From positions 221,721 through 245,720 of the forward strand of contig NZ_JAERVK010000004.1 in the NCBI RefSeq assembly GCF_016745425.1: 24,000 nt of DNA. The letters are read 5' to 3'. Shown one piece after another: positions 8,961 through 17,406 of the stretch; position 1 is the stretch's first letter, and every line of letters starts with the position of its first letter. The DNA comes from Candidatus Methylomicrobium oryzae. GTDB taxonomy: Bacteria; Pseudomonadota; Gammaproteobacteria; Methylococcales; Methylomonadaceae. The notes beneath the pieces were generated by a model. The model did not search any database. It was not told where the DNA came from and saw only the letters and a program-made list of their open reading frames with translations. Made by a program: the position numbers and the translations under genes.

Positions 8961-9420
8961 ATGCTGCTTCAGGTAAAGGCTAAGCATGATGGTCGAGCCG
9001 AACGCCGCCTGATCGAATGGCAAAACTTGCTACGTTCCGCTAAAAATCTGTCCAAGAAGGACAATCTTAAAAATTAATGATTTTTTAGTCTGAATTCGTT
9101 GTTTGTTGACGATATAATACATGGGAAAGAGGGAGATATAGTGAAGACGCCTTTAGAGTTTCTCGCGGCGGGCGACGGCGATTGCTGGGGATTTCGCGAT
9201 CGCCAAATTCTTTACACTAAAAGAACTCGGCGTCGATGAAAATATAATGCGCATCACATATTGTTAAAGCGTTACGACTGAATCAGGCCTATATGGTCTT
9301 AATATTTCAAAACGCCAGACGGTTTCGGAAGTGCTCGATAACTTGATCCCCGACATCAGACCGGCGACGCAATTTTCGGACTTATTGCCGGTTTACAGCT
9401 TTAACGGTATGGGTTTATGA
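8961..9420 (+). pseudogene. decayed LapG-like transglutaminase-like cysteine peptidase (BTLCP, peptidase C93 / COG3672)
   Basis: Family-like segments are spread over three frames. They are RLIEWQNLL, FFSLNSLFVDD, DIVKTPLEFLAAGDGDC, then a shifted DFAIAKFFTLKELGVDENIMRITY. A further shift gives VKALRLNQAYMVLIF, and another gives VLDNLIPDIRPATQFSDLLPVYSFNG. In-frame TAA TGA occurs at 9075-9080. The 5' boundary is uncertain and no signal peptide is present. The family consensus is recalled from memory. Confidence 0.6.
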
Positions 9421-9522
9421 ATTGTCAAATCCCGGAATGCCGGCAAATACGTAGGCAATTCGGATCGGCTAAACGTGTAAACGATCTCAAACTCAGAATG
9501 CTTAAGAATCCTTTTTAGTCCG

Positions 9523-10236
9523 ATGGAACCCCTGCCGTACCAGATCAAGCGTACGCTGAGAGCGTCTAGAACCCGAATCGTCGTCACCGCCGAAAAAATT
9601 GAAGTGATCGCACCGCCTGATGTTTCGGACGAGGCCCTGCACCAGTTCGTTAAAGAAAAGTGGCATTGGATTACTGCCACGATGCAAAGGCTAAAAGCCC
9701 GTAAGGCGCATATTCAAAGCCTCGCGCCCGAAACTTATCATCATGGTGCTCCCGTTCCTTATCAAGGAAAAACCTATCCTTTGTCTTTGGCGCCGACAAA
9801 ATTGAAAAGCATCAAGATCGAGTATACCGATGTATTCAAGGCACACATCCCTCATACACAATGGGAGACAGTCAACAGCGAGGAAATCCGCTCCGCCATT
9901 ATCGGGTGGATGAAGCAGAACGTCAAAATCACCGTAGAACAGCTGGTACTTCAGCACGGCCCCAAACATCGGCTTTTCCCGAAATCGATTACCATCAAAT
10001 CCCAAAGATCGCGCTGGGGCAGCTGCGGCATTCATAACGACATCACCATTAACTGGCTTCTGGCGCTAGCTCCGCTCGAGATTCTGGAATATGTCGTTGT
10101 CCACGAACTATGTCACATCAAAGAAAAAAATCATTCGAAGCATTTTTGGTCACTCGTCGCCCAACATCTTCCAAATTATCGCAGCGCGCGGTTATGGCTT
10201 AAACAGCATGGCCAAGTGCTGATGCTTGGCTTATAA
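9523..10236 (+). CDS. YgjP-like M48-family metal-dependent hydrolase (DUF45)
   Basis: C-terminal WGSCGIHNDITINWLL and the zinc motif HELCHIKEKNHSKHFW are typical of the YgjP/DUF45 family. Length is 237 aa. Confidence 0.8.
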   Translation: MEPLPYQIKRTLRASRTRIVVTAEKIEVIAPPDVSDEALHQFVKEKWHWITATMQRLKARKAHIQSLAPETYHHGAPVPYQGKTYPLSLAPTKLKSIKIEYTDVFKAHIPHTQWETVNSEEIRSAIIGWMKQNVKITVEQLVLQHGPKHRLFPKSITIKSQRSRWGSCGIHNDITINWLLALAPLEILEYVVVHELCHIKEKNHSKHFWSLVAQHLPNYRSARLWLKQHGQVLMLGL

Positions 10237-10343
10237 AGTATCGCGGATCATTTTGCTACCGTCCCGCGATCGCGGCATGATTTTACTCAGAAGCTGTTCG
10301 GAAATTCCTTCTTCAAACCTGTAAATACAACCTCACATGTCAT

Positions 10344-10518
10344 GGCGATGTAAATCCAAATCTCGTCTGTGTGGGTGAGACGCTCACTGCTTTTGCTGAG
10401 GCGACGCGAATTATTTAGCTGAAGGCGCGTCTGACCATCCCTGGGCGCACTGCTAGATGAGATTCAGGCCGAGGAATGCCAAAACTATTTCAAAAATGCG
10501 AGCTATGCTTCTCATTAA
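10344..10518 (+). pseudogene. C-terminal remnant of an IS630-family DDE transposase
   Basis: One frame reads GDVNPNLV..TAFAEATRII*LKARLTIPGRTAR. A shifted frame then reads LGALLDEIQAEECQNYFKNASYASH*. This resembles the IS630 C-terminus (DLNPIE..FAKLK.LLR..RT...IG.LL....ECANYF.N.GYA, recalled from memory). No catalytic core or inverted repeats remain. Confidence 0.5.
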
Positions 10519-10581
10519 TAGAGAATTGCTCTAATAAATGTTCTAGCCTTTCCTATAGCCCAATTCTGTATTTTTTCCCAT

Positions 10582-10618
10582 AAAAAAACCCCCGCAACTG
10601 CATGAATTGCGGGGGTTT
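10582..10618 (-). terminator. rho-independent terminator of pmoCAB
   Basis: The minus strand reads CCCCCGCAA-ttcatgcag-TTGCGGGGG followed by TTTTTTT, 46 nt after the pmoB stop. Confidence 0.85.
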
Positions 10619-10663
10619 AATTTGTTAACGATTTATTATTGTTATTGGATCAACAATCTTCGA

Positions 10664-11908
10664 TTAGATGAAGGTTGGGATCAGAGGACCGTCGATTTGG
10701 ACCAGTTGCTTGTTGCCATTTTCGTCGTGGAAGAACAGCAAGCCAGCGAAACGGCTATCTGGGTCATAGATCAAGTCAGCCAGACGATATACTTCCCAAG
10801 CTGCGTCAGACGCAGTAACTTGGATAGTTCTGGTTTGGCCTGGAGCCAGTGGGCTGTTGTCGCTGACAGTCAGACCTTCTGGAGCCAACAAGTCATCTGG
10901 GTAGCCAGTGGTGTCTTCAGTTACGTTAGCATCCAAGAAACGAACGCCAGCAGTGTTGAATTCACCCAAACGGATCGCAGAGTCACCGTTGTTGGTTACA
11001 GTCAGAGTCATGTTCATTGAACGGCCTGGTACACGGTAGGTAGCGTCGTCAATTTTAACGCTAACAGTTGGTGTAGGCAGATCAAGAGGCTTCATACCAC
11101 GCAACAAACCTGCTTGCAGAGGAGTGGTGATAGGATACTCAGAGTTGGTTTGTGCCATAGTGAAAGCAACGATACCGATCGCGCCAGCACCGAAAGCCAA
11201 AGCAACCTTTCTGTCAGTTGCAGTGATCAGAGTGTCACCTTTACCAGCGTCCATAGCGATTTGACGTGGAACGAACATTGGCTTCTTCATCCAGTAAACC
11301 ATCCAAGCCACACCGAAAGCATACCAGAAAGCATGCCAGAAGTAGGTGTTGCTCAGGTTATAGGTTTCCAGATCAACAGTTTGGCCAGTCAAAGTGGTGA
11401 TTGGGTTGGTGAATTGGCTCATAGAACCTTCAACAGTTACCCATTTGCCAGGACCGATGATTGGACCACCGCCTTCAACGTTCATCATAGTGTGAACGTG
11501 CCAGTCGCCTGGACGGCGTGCTTTCAACAGAACTTTGAACTCATAGGTTTCGCCCAGTTCCAGAGAAACCGAACGTGGAACCAATTGACCACCGATCCAA
11601 GATCCAGCACGGATAAATACTGGGCCTGGAATACCGATGTTCAAGAAAGCGCTTTCTGGCTTGTCAACAGTTTCCGGCCAACCTGAGAATACCAGGAATT
11701 TACCAGAAATCGTCATCGTGTCGTTGACTTTAACAACTTCTTTTGACCAGTTCAGATCGTACCAGTGAATAGTACGCATACGCATGAAAGCCGCTTGAGA
11801 CTTTTCACCGTGTGCGGATGCCGCTGGCGTATAGAACATGGCTGCTGCAACTGTCAGCAACAGTGCGACAAAGGACAACTTTGCTACCTTGTCTTTAATT
11901 AACTTCAT
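10664..11908 (-). CDS. pmoB: particulate methane monooxygenase subunit B
   Basis: A signal peptide is followed by HGEKSQAAFMRMRTIHWYD (the N-terminal His ligand) and GDWHVHTMMNVEGGGP (the HxH ligands). The start is set at the ATG at 11908 (MKLIKDK), which has GAGGAGGA upstream and gives 414 aa. The ORF-track start at 11971 is an extension. Confidence 0.95.
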   Translation of the reverse strand: MKLIKDKVAKLSFVALLLTVAAAMFYTPAASAHGEKSQAAFMRMRTIHWYDLNWSKEVVKVNDTMTISGKFLVFSGWPETVDKPESAFLNIGIPGPVFIRAGSWIGGQLVPRSVSLELGETYEFKVLLKARRPGDWHVHTMMNVEGGGPIIGPGKWVTVEGSMSQFTNPITTLTGQTVDLETYNLSNTYFWHAFWYAFGVAWMVYWMKKPMFVPRQIAMDAGKGDTLITATDRKVALAFGAGAIGIVAFTMAQTNSEYPITTPLQAGLLRGMKPLDLPTPTVSVKIDDATYRVPGRSMNMTLTVTNNGDSAIRLGEFNTAGVRFLDANVTEDTTGYPDDLLAPEGLTVSDNSPLAPGQTRTIQVTASDAAWEVYRLADLIYDPDSRFAGLLFFHDENGNKQLVQIDGPLIPTFI

Positions 11909-12022
11909 ATATCCTCCTCTAATAATAGAGAATCTATTTATTCTTGAGTATCCAGTCGATAAATTGTTCATTTATCTACTAGCCATTTATTTATTGTGTT
12001 ACTAGCTCAGAATCCAAAAGGA

Positions 12023-12766
12023 TTAGGTGCTTTGGGTAAATGCGGTGCTGCCGAACCATTTACCGAAGAAGTGCCACAAGAAGTAGATGATGATACTCAC
12101 GAAACCAGAGAAGAATGCAGATACTGGAGCTACGTCCTTACCGAAAGTTCTCAGAGTACCTTTTTCAACCATCCGGATGTATTCTGGAGTACCAGTTCTT
12201 ACGTAGTGGTAACCTTGCAAGTCAGCCAGGGTCATTACCATGCCGTTGTATTCAACTGGCACGTGCAATGGTGCGATGACAGGCCAGTTGCCAGGATAGA
12301 ACAACAGACCGTAAGCCAAGCCGCCCAGAACAGCAGTCAACTGCATGCTGTTAGACAGCATCAGAATGACGTCCAGAACGATTGCGCCTGGAACGAACTG
12401 TGATGGGAATACAAAGTTAACTGGGAAGTAAGTCCATCCCCAGAAGTTGAAGTATCTGTTAACCCATTCGCCGAACAACAGACCGAGAACGGCCAGCATT
12501 GCACCGAATGGCAGTTTCCAGCGATACCAAAGAACTGCTTGAACAGCAGCTGGGAATGTAATACCGACGATTGGCAATACAGTAACCCACAGACGACGGT
12601 CTTTCCAGTCAGTCCAGAAATCCCAGTCACCACCAGTCAACATGAAGTGAACGTGGTAGCCACCAAGAATGATGAAAAACAAAGTGAAGCAGATCATCCA
12701 GTCGAACGTGCGTGAAACTTTTACAGCTTCGGCACGTGAACGTACAGCTGATTGAGATGCGCTCAT
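12023..12766 (-). CDS. pmoA: particulate methane monooxygenase subunit A
   Basis: 247 aa, collinear with my recollection of Methylococcus capsulatus PmoA (GDWDFWTDWKDRRLWVTV, YFNFWGWTYFP, LHVPVEYNG, VRTGTPEYIRMVEKGTLRTFGKDVAPVSAFFS). TAGGAGGT lies upstream. Confidence 0.95.
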   Translation of the reverse strand: MSASQSAVRSRAEAVKVSRTFDWMICFTLFFIILGGYHVHFMLTGGDWDFWTDWKDRRLWVTVLPIVGITFPAAVQAVLWYRWKLPFGAMLAVLGLLFGEWVNRYFNFWGWTYFPVNFVFPSQFVPGAIVLDVILMLSNSMQLTAVLGGLAYGLLFYPGNWPVIAPLHVPVEYNGMVMTLADLQGYHYVRTGTPEYIRMVEKGTLRTFGKDVAPVSAFFSGFVSIIIYFLWHFFGKWFGSTAFTQST

Positions 12767-12888
12767 TAGCTTACCTCCTAAAGGGTTTAAAATTATTTTT
12801 ATTTCTATCTTCTCTTTGCCGTTTCGCCCATTTGGAACATGAGCGAAACAGCCAGGAGATAGTTATTTAAGGCTTTTAACCTAAGCGA

Positions 12889-13641
12889 TTAAGCCAGGTC
12901 TTTCTTCAGCAATTTTGTAATTGCTTGAACTTCGATGCTCAGAACGCCCAGTGCACCCAGAGCGGCCCATCCGAAGAATACGAAGCCGTAGTGCAGAGGA
13001 GCAACGAACAACTCTTCCATGAACCAGAAAGTGTGACCCCACTCGTTCAAACCAACGTTTGGCAGAATCATGAATGGACCAACAACAGATACCATGTATT
13101 GAATGGAGAAACCATTGGCATAAGTAGGCAGTCTGGTTTTTGCGTACAGCAAAGAAGCACCACCGGTGATGATGTAGATTGGGTAGCTCAGATAGAACTC
13201 GATAATGTGACTTGGAGTGAAGTCAGTATCGCGAACGATCGTTTGGTGCCAAGTGCCATCTTGCTCGGTGAAGTAGCTAGCGCCGAAGTAAATTGCAACA
13301 GAGTAGCAAACCAACCAAGTCCAGTGAGTGAAGTGTCTTCTCAGCTCTTCTCTTGGAGTGATTGACATGACTTTACGGTCACGGGTCTTCCAGATGTAGC
13401 CCCACAGGATACCTGCAGTGGATACTTCCAATACGAATTCGATATACAGGAAGTTCATCCAGTATGTTTCGAACTCAGGCGCGAAAGAGTCAAGACCAGC
13501 GGACCAGCCATAAACACCTTCGTACCAACGAACCCAAGCGTAGAACACGTTGTACAGTGCGACGCCCAGGAACAGATTTCTTTTATTTAACAGCGGTGCT
13601 TCCGCAGCATCAGCTTTCACTGATTCAGTTGTAGCTGCCAT
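12889..13641 (-). CDS. pmoC: particulate methane monooxygenase subunit C
   Basis: 250 aa with RDTDFTPSHIIEFYLSYPIY and NEWGHTFWFMEELFVAPLHYGF, which are conserved PmoC metal-site regions. TAGGAGGT lies upstream. It is the first gene in the C-A-B order. Confidence 0.95.
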   Translation of the reverse strand: MAATTESVKADAAEAPLLNKRNLFLGVALYNVFYAWVRWYEGVYGWSAGLDSFAPEFETYWMNFLYIEFVLEVSTAGILWGYIWKTRDRKVMSITPREELRRHFTHWTWLVCYSVAIYFGASYFTEQDGTWHQTIVRDTDFTPSHIIEFYLSYPIYIITGGASLLYAKTRLPTYANGFSIQYMVSVVGPFMILPNVGLNEWGHTFWFMEELFVAPLHYGFVFFGWAALGALGVLSIEVQAITKLLKKDLA

Positions 13642-13763
13642 TTCTACCTCCTAAAAATTTAACAATCCCCAGCTATTCGGCCGGGAGTTTCTTGTTCAAC
13701 TCCATTTCCACATTCACTGGCTTTTGACCAGGAATCGCACCGAGTCCAGTTCGGTGAGCGGTC

Positions 13764-13791
13764 AGTTTACCAGCTCGAAGCACCTTGTCAA
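13764..13791 (-). promoter_or_regulatory. putative sigma70 promoter of pmoCAB with A/T-rich UP-like tract
   Basis: The minus strand reads TTGACA (13791-13786), a 16-nt spacer, and TAAACT (13769-13764). It is preceded by GATTTTTTTGACGAAAATATTTTTTGTC. This implies a 5' UTR of roughly 115 nt before the pmoC ATG. Confidence 0.45.
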
Positions 13792-13916
13792 GACAAAAAA
13801 TATTTTCGTCAAAAAAATCGCTCCGAGCTCAAACCGGCCGGTATACTAGCGTACGCTTAATGTATTGATTTCTGATACAATTGCGATGATTAAACTAACC
13901 ATTGGCACTTCCATTC

Positions 13917-14366
13917 ATGAACAATTTTTTTAAAAAACATCCTTTCATTCTACTCTTAGGCGGTCTTGGCTTATTGATTGTATTTCAAAGAGAAGCGGTC
14001 ATGCCTCTCGTAACCGAAGTCATCAAATCCGATGCCTTTTTAGTCGACAGCAAAGACCAGGGCAGCCAGCTCCCCATCTCCACAGAGATGACAGCGATTG
14101 CATTTAACCATTGTAATAATTACATCAAGTCGGAGCTCGATTCCGACATTTCCGTGACATTTACGAACAAGCCGATCAAGGCCTGGAGCTTGGGCAATTA
14201 CCAATTTCTGATTAACGCCGACATTAATATCGCTGACGAATCGGGCAATATGGCCACGAAAAGATATGTTTGCCGGATCACCTATGACAAGGGGGACGAC
14301 CAGGAAGGCGTCCTCGACTTTGACAATTGGACGATGGTAGGCCTCTCCGGTATTGATGAGATCTAA
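13917..14366 (+). CDS. hypothetical membrane-anchored protein, divergent from pmoC
   Basis: ATG at 13917 (MNNFFKKHPFILLLGGLGLLIVF) gives one N-terminal TM helix followed by a soluble domain of about 115 aa. No family recognised. The ORF-track start at 13902 is a TTG. Confidence 0.55.
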   Translation: MNNFFKKHPFILLLGGLGLLIVFQREAVMPLVTEVIKSDAFLVDSKDQGSQLPISTEMTAIAFNHCNNYIKSELDSDISVTFTNKPIKAWSLGNYQFLINADINIADESGNMATKRYVCRITYDKGDDQEGVLDFDNWTMVGLSGIDEI

Positions 14367-14533
14367 CAGGACAGCCATTCATATTTTTAGCGGCGATTGC
14401 CAATTGAATCGGCAATTGGTGGTATGGATTGCCGCCCAGAGCCAGCCCAGCTACCGGGCGTAAAAAGAAACGAATGCAGGTCAGATAAGTGAGCGCCAGG
14501 GAAGGCAGCTCAACTAGCCATCCACAGACTCCT

Positions 14534-15148
14534 TCACGGCTTATCGCCGGACTTCTGCCTCGTTTGATTCAATTGATAAGCCTTTATCAAAGCCAAAAAT
14601 GCCCAGAAATCATACAGTGCATGAATCACTACCGGCGTGAGCAGATTCCGCTCCGCCCCGTAATCCATCGATAAACTCAGATAGATCCCTATCAAAAACG
14701 CGAGCAAGGTATAAAGCGGTGTAACCGCGTGCGCCAGACCGAACAAAACGTTGCAGCCGACCAAACCCGCACGCATTCCCAAGACTGCCTCCAGCCACGG
14801 TTGAATCAGACCTCGGAAAAGAATTTCCTCCGACAACCCCGCTATCGCGGCGAGCATCAGCAAATCGGCCCAGTGCCGCCGATGCAGGCTGGGTCCCAGC
14901 GTTTCGAGCAATAACCGCCTGATTTTTTGAAACGCCTCTTCCTGCCTCAGTTCCGCCAGATGAAACAACACTATCATCGGCGCTGTGCCGATAATTCCGT
15001 ATAAAATCGCGGCCTCGGACAAAAACAACTTTGCAAACGGGTTGATGTCGGCTATCCAGCCCAGAATAAGAGCGACCAGGATGAGCGAAGCCTCGAAACA
15101 GCAGGCCTTGAGAAAAAAATCCCGAGATTTGAAAGCGGATTGATTCAT
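14534..15148 (-). CDS. CPBP-family intramembrane glutamic endopeptidase (CAAX protease-like)
   Basis: Motifs EEILFRG, FGLAHAV and HALYDF within a polytopic membrane protein. The start is uncertain: ATG at 15148 (MNQSAF) is preferred over 15211, and no clear SD precedes either. Confidence 0.75.
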   Translation of the reverse strand: MNQSAFKSRDFFLKACCFEASLILVALILGWIADINPFAKLFLSEAAILYGIIGTAPMIVLFHLAELRQEEAFQKIRRLLLETLGPSLHRRHWADLLMLAAIAGLSEEILFRGLIQPWLEAVLGMRAGLVGCNVLFGLAHAVTPLYTLLAFLIGIYLSLSMDYGAERNLLTPVVIHALYDFWAFLALIKAYQLNQTRQKSGDKP

Positions 15149-15263
15149 CGAAGGAGAGAAGGAATAATAGTGGGCCAACTTCCAGCTATCGCTTGCTTCG
15201 GCTCGACGCAACCGAGCCGTAAACTTCGCTGCATACCTTTCGCATCCTTACTTTACTTTAAAT

Positions 15264-15518
15264 ATGCACTGTTTTATCTATAAAAGCCTCCAAAAACAAG
15301 ACCTTTATTTGTTTCTCCGAAACCAGGACGATTTCTCCTGCCTGCCGGAAGCCTTAAAAGCCTCCTTGGGCAGAATGGAATTCGTTTTCAGCTTGGAAAT
15401 CACGTCGGAACGGAAACTTGCAAACGCCGATCCGGTTTCGGTGATCAACAATCTGAATGAGCGGGGCTATTTCCTGCAATTGCCACCGGTACTGGCCGCG
15501 CCCACAACTTTACAGTAA
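15264..15518 (+). CDS. ycgL: YcgL domain-containing protein
   Basis: 84 aa. MHCFIYKSLQKQDLYLFL..DDFSCLPEAL...LANADPVSVINNLNERGYFLQLPP is collinear with my recollection of E. coli YcgL. Confidence 0.8.
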   Translation: MHCFIYKSLQKQDLYLFLRNQDDFSCLPEALKASLGRMEFVFSLEITSERKLANADPVSVINNLNERGYFLQLPPVLAAPTTLQ

Positions 15519-15525
15519 CCACCTG

Positions 15526-16092
15526 TCACGCGCGCGGCAAAGTCACTCCGGTTTGCCCCTGGTATTTGCCGCCGCGGTCTTTATAAGACGTTTCGCAAAC
15601 TTCGTCGCTGCCGAAAAACAGCATCTGCGCGACGCCTTCGTTCGCATAGATTTTCGCGGGCAGATTCGTCGTATTCGAAAACTCCAGCGTTACATGCCCT
15701 TCCCATTCGGGTTCGAGCGGCGTTACATTCACGATGATGCCGCAGCGCGCATAAGTCGACTTGCCCAGGCAAACGGTCAATACATCCCGCGGAATACGGA
15801 AATACTCCACCGTCCGCGCCAGGGCGAACGAGTTCGGCGGGATGATGCAAACATCGGACTTCACGTCGACGAAACTGTTCGAATCGAAATCCTTCGGATC
15901 GACGATCGCGGAATTGATATTGGTGAATATCTTGAACTCGTCCGAACAACGCACATCGTAACCGTAGCTCGATGTCCCGAACGAGATGACCCGCCCCTTT
16001 TCGGAATCTCTGACCTGACCGCTTTCAAACGGCGTAATCATGCCGTATTCGGCCGCCATACGGCGAATCCATCTATCCGATTTAATGCTCAT
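15526..16092 (-). CDS. dcd: dCTP deaminase
   Basis: 188 aa from the ATG at 16092 ([13 protein letters not shown]). Contains [35 protein letters not shown] and [12 protein letters not shown]. The longer ORF-track start at 16344 adds a Cys/Arg-rich non-homologous extension. Confidence 0.93.
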   Translation of the reverse strand: MSIKSDRWIRRMAAEYGMITPFESGQVRDSEKGRVISFGTSSYGYDVRCSDEFKIFTNINSAIVDPKDFDSNSFVDVKSDVCIIPPNSFALARTVEYFRIPRDVLTVCLGKSTYARCGIIVNVTPLEPEWEGHVTLEFSNTTNLPAKIYANEGVAQMLFFGSDEVCETSYKDRGGKYQGQTGVTLPRA

Positions 16093-16156
16093 CGCAGCTT
16101 TAAAACCTTGAAAAATACAAACATAAAGCGCGCATTGTAACAAATAACCGTGAAAA

Positions 16157-16849
16157 TCACCGGTCGTTTGAAAAAACGATCTCGATCTGATCGAAATCCT
16201 GCACCTGAAGATGCTCCGCATCGGAATCCGGTTTGCCCTCCCGGACCAGCCAGATGGTGTGGAATCCGGCCTGCCTCGCCGCATCGAGCTCCTCTTTGAT
16301 ATCGGACAAAAACAGCAAAGACTCGGGCAACAACTGCAGTTCATCCTTAATGCGCCGGTACGAATCGACTTCCCGCTTGCCGCCGATCCGGGTGTCGAAA
16401 TAGCCTGAAAACCAGGGCGTCAAATCACCGTAATCCGTATGCGAGAACAGCAGTTTTTGGGCATGCACCGAACCGGAAGAGTAAATGTAAAGACCCAGTC
16501 CGCAAGCCTTCCACGCCTTTAGATTTCTTTCGGCGTCTTCATATACGTGACCGGTGAAGGCGCCTTTCCGGTAGCCTTCTTCCCAAATCAGCCCCTGCAG
16601 TGCCTTCAGCGGCGTGATCTTTTTATCCTGATCGATCCATTCGACCAATTGCTCAATAGCCTGCCCGGCATCCAATTCTCTTCCTGCCTCCCGGGAAACA
16701 TCGCGCAGCAATTGCCGCACTTCGGGATCGCCCGCATGATCCCGAACAAACTCGGCAATATGAGCCCGCGCATAGGGGAACAGCACGTCTTTAACGAAAG
16801 ACAGCGACGAAGTCGTGCCCTCAATATCGGTAACGATCGCTTTGATCAT
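16157..16849 (-). CDS. mtnC: acireductone synthase (enolase-phosphatase E1)
   Basis: 230 aa from the ATG at 16849 ([27 protein letters not shown]), a HAD motif I. Also contains [11 protein letters not shown] and IYSSGSV. Its ATG overlaps the mtnD stop as ATGA. Confidence 0.9.
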   Translation of the reverse strand: MIKAIVTDIEGTTSSLSFVKDVLFPYARAHIAEFVRDHAGDPEVRQLLRDVSREAGRELDAGQAIEQLVEWIDQDKKITPLKALQGLIWEEGYRKGAFTGHVYEDAERNLKAWKACGLGLYIYSSGSVHAQKLLFSHTDYGDLTPWFSGYFDTRIGGKREVDSYRRIKDELQLLPESLLFLSDIKEELDAARQAGFHTIWLVREGKPDSDAEHLQVQDFDQIEIVFSNDR

Positions 16850-17406
16850 GACAAGCCGGCAACATATTGATCGAATGTCGGAAACGACTGGGCGATGTCG
16901 CTGCCGGTGAACGTGGCTACCCAGCCTTCCGGGGTGGTGAACAGTCGGATGCATTTGAAGCAAGGATTCCCGCCCATATCGAACCAGTGCGTCGTGTTGG
17001 CCGGCACACTGATCAGATCGCCTTTTTCGCAAAGCACCGCATAGACCTTATCGCCGACATGCAGATAAAAAAGCCCTTTGCCGTCGACGAAAAAACGGAC
17101 CTCGAAATCCTCATGAATATGCTCGGCCAGAAATTTTTCCCGAAACGCCGCCTTTTGCGGATGATCGGGCTGCAGACTGACTACATCGGCGGACTGGAAG
17201 CCGTACTGCAGCATCAGCCGCTCGACCGAATCCCGGTAGGCTTCGATGACGGTTTCCTGATCGGCATCGTCCGTCAGTTCGCGATTCGCGGTCCAGCGCT
17301 CGAACTGCACGCCGATCCGGCTCAACTCGGCCGCAATATCGGAGCAGTCGGTATACAAGACTCCTGATTGCGGCTGGTTATCGGGATACACGGTTAATGC
17401 GCTCAT
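16846..17406 (-). CDS. mtnD: acireductone dioxygenase
   Basis: 186 aa cupin with EHIHEDFEVRFFVDGKGLFYLH and PANTTHWFD. Sits between mtnB and mtnC with 4-nt overlaps at both ends. Confidence 0.9.
   Translation of the reverse strand: MSALTVYPDNQPQSGVLYTDCSDIAAELSRIGVQFERWTANRELTDDADQETVIEAYRDSVERLMLQYGFQSADVVSLQPDHPQKAAFREKFLAEHIHEDFEVRFFVDGKGLFYLHVGDKVYAVLCEKGDLISVPANTTHWFDMGGNPCFKCIRLFTTPEGWVATFTGSDIAQSFPTFDQYVAGLS

Noticed and set aside
8889-9077. 62-aa ORF as an intact small gene
   Set aside because: Its start lies inside the groESL terminator hairpin. Its C-terminal half is the first recognisable segment of the LapG-like pseudogene, which continues in other frames.
10607-13365. Plus-strand ORFs (10607-11020, 11114-11686, 11996-12403, 12925-13365) antisense to pmoB, pmoA and pmoC
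   Set aside because: They lie entirely within the conserved pmo genes and have no RBS or motifs.
10664-13641. Alternative identity as amoCAB (ammonia monooxygenase) or pxmABC
   Set aside because: The C-A-B gene order excludes pxm, which is A-B-C. From memory, the PmoA sequence tracks Methylococcus PmoA more closely than Nitrosococcus AmoA. A phylogeny would be needed for certainty.
14380-14425. Short hairpin CCAATTG-aatcgg-CAATTGG between convergent genes as a terminator
   Set aside because: It has only a 7-bp A/T-containing stem and no U-tract on either strand.
15526-17032. Long N-terminal extensions of dcd (to 16344) and mtnC (to 17032) given by the ORF track
   Set aside because: The extensions are Cys/Arg-rich, non-homologous and overlap the upstream genes. 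The internal ATGs at 16092 and 16849 give canonical N-termini and lengths.
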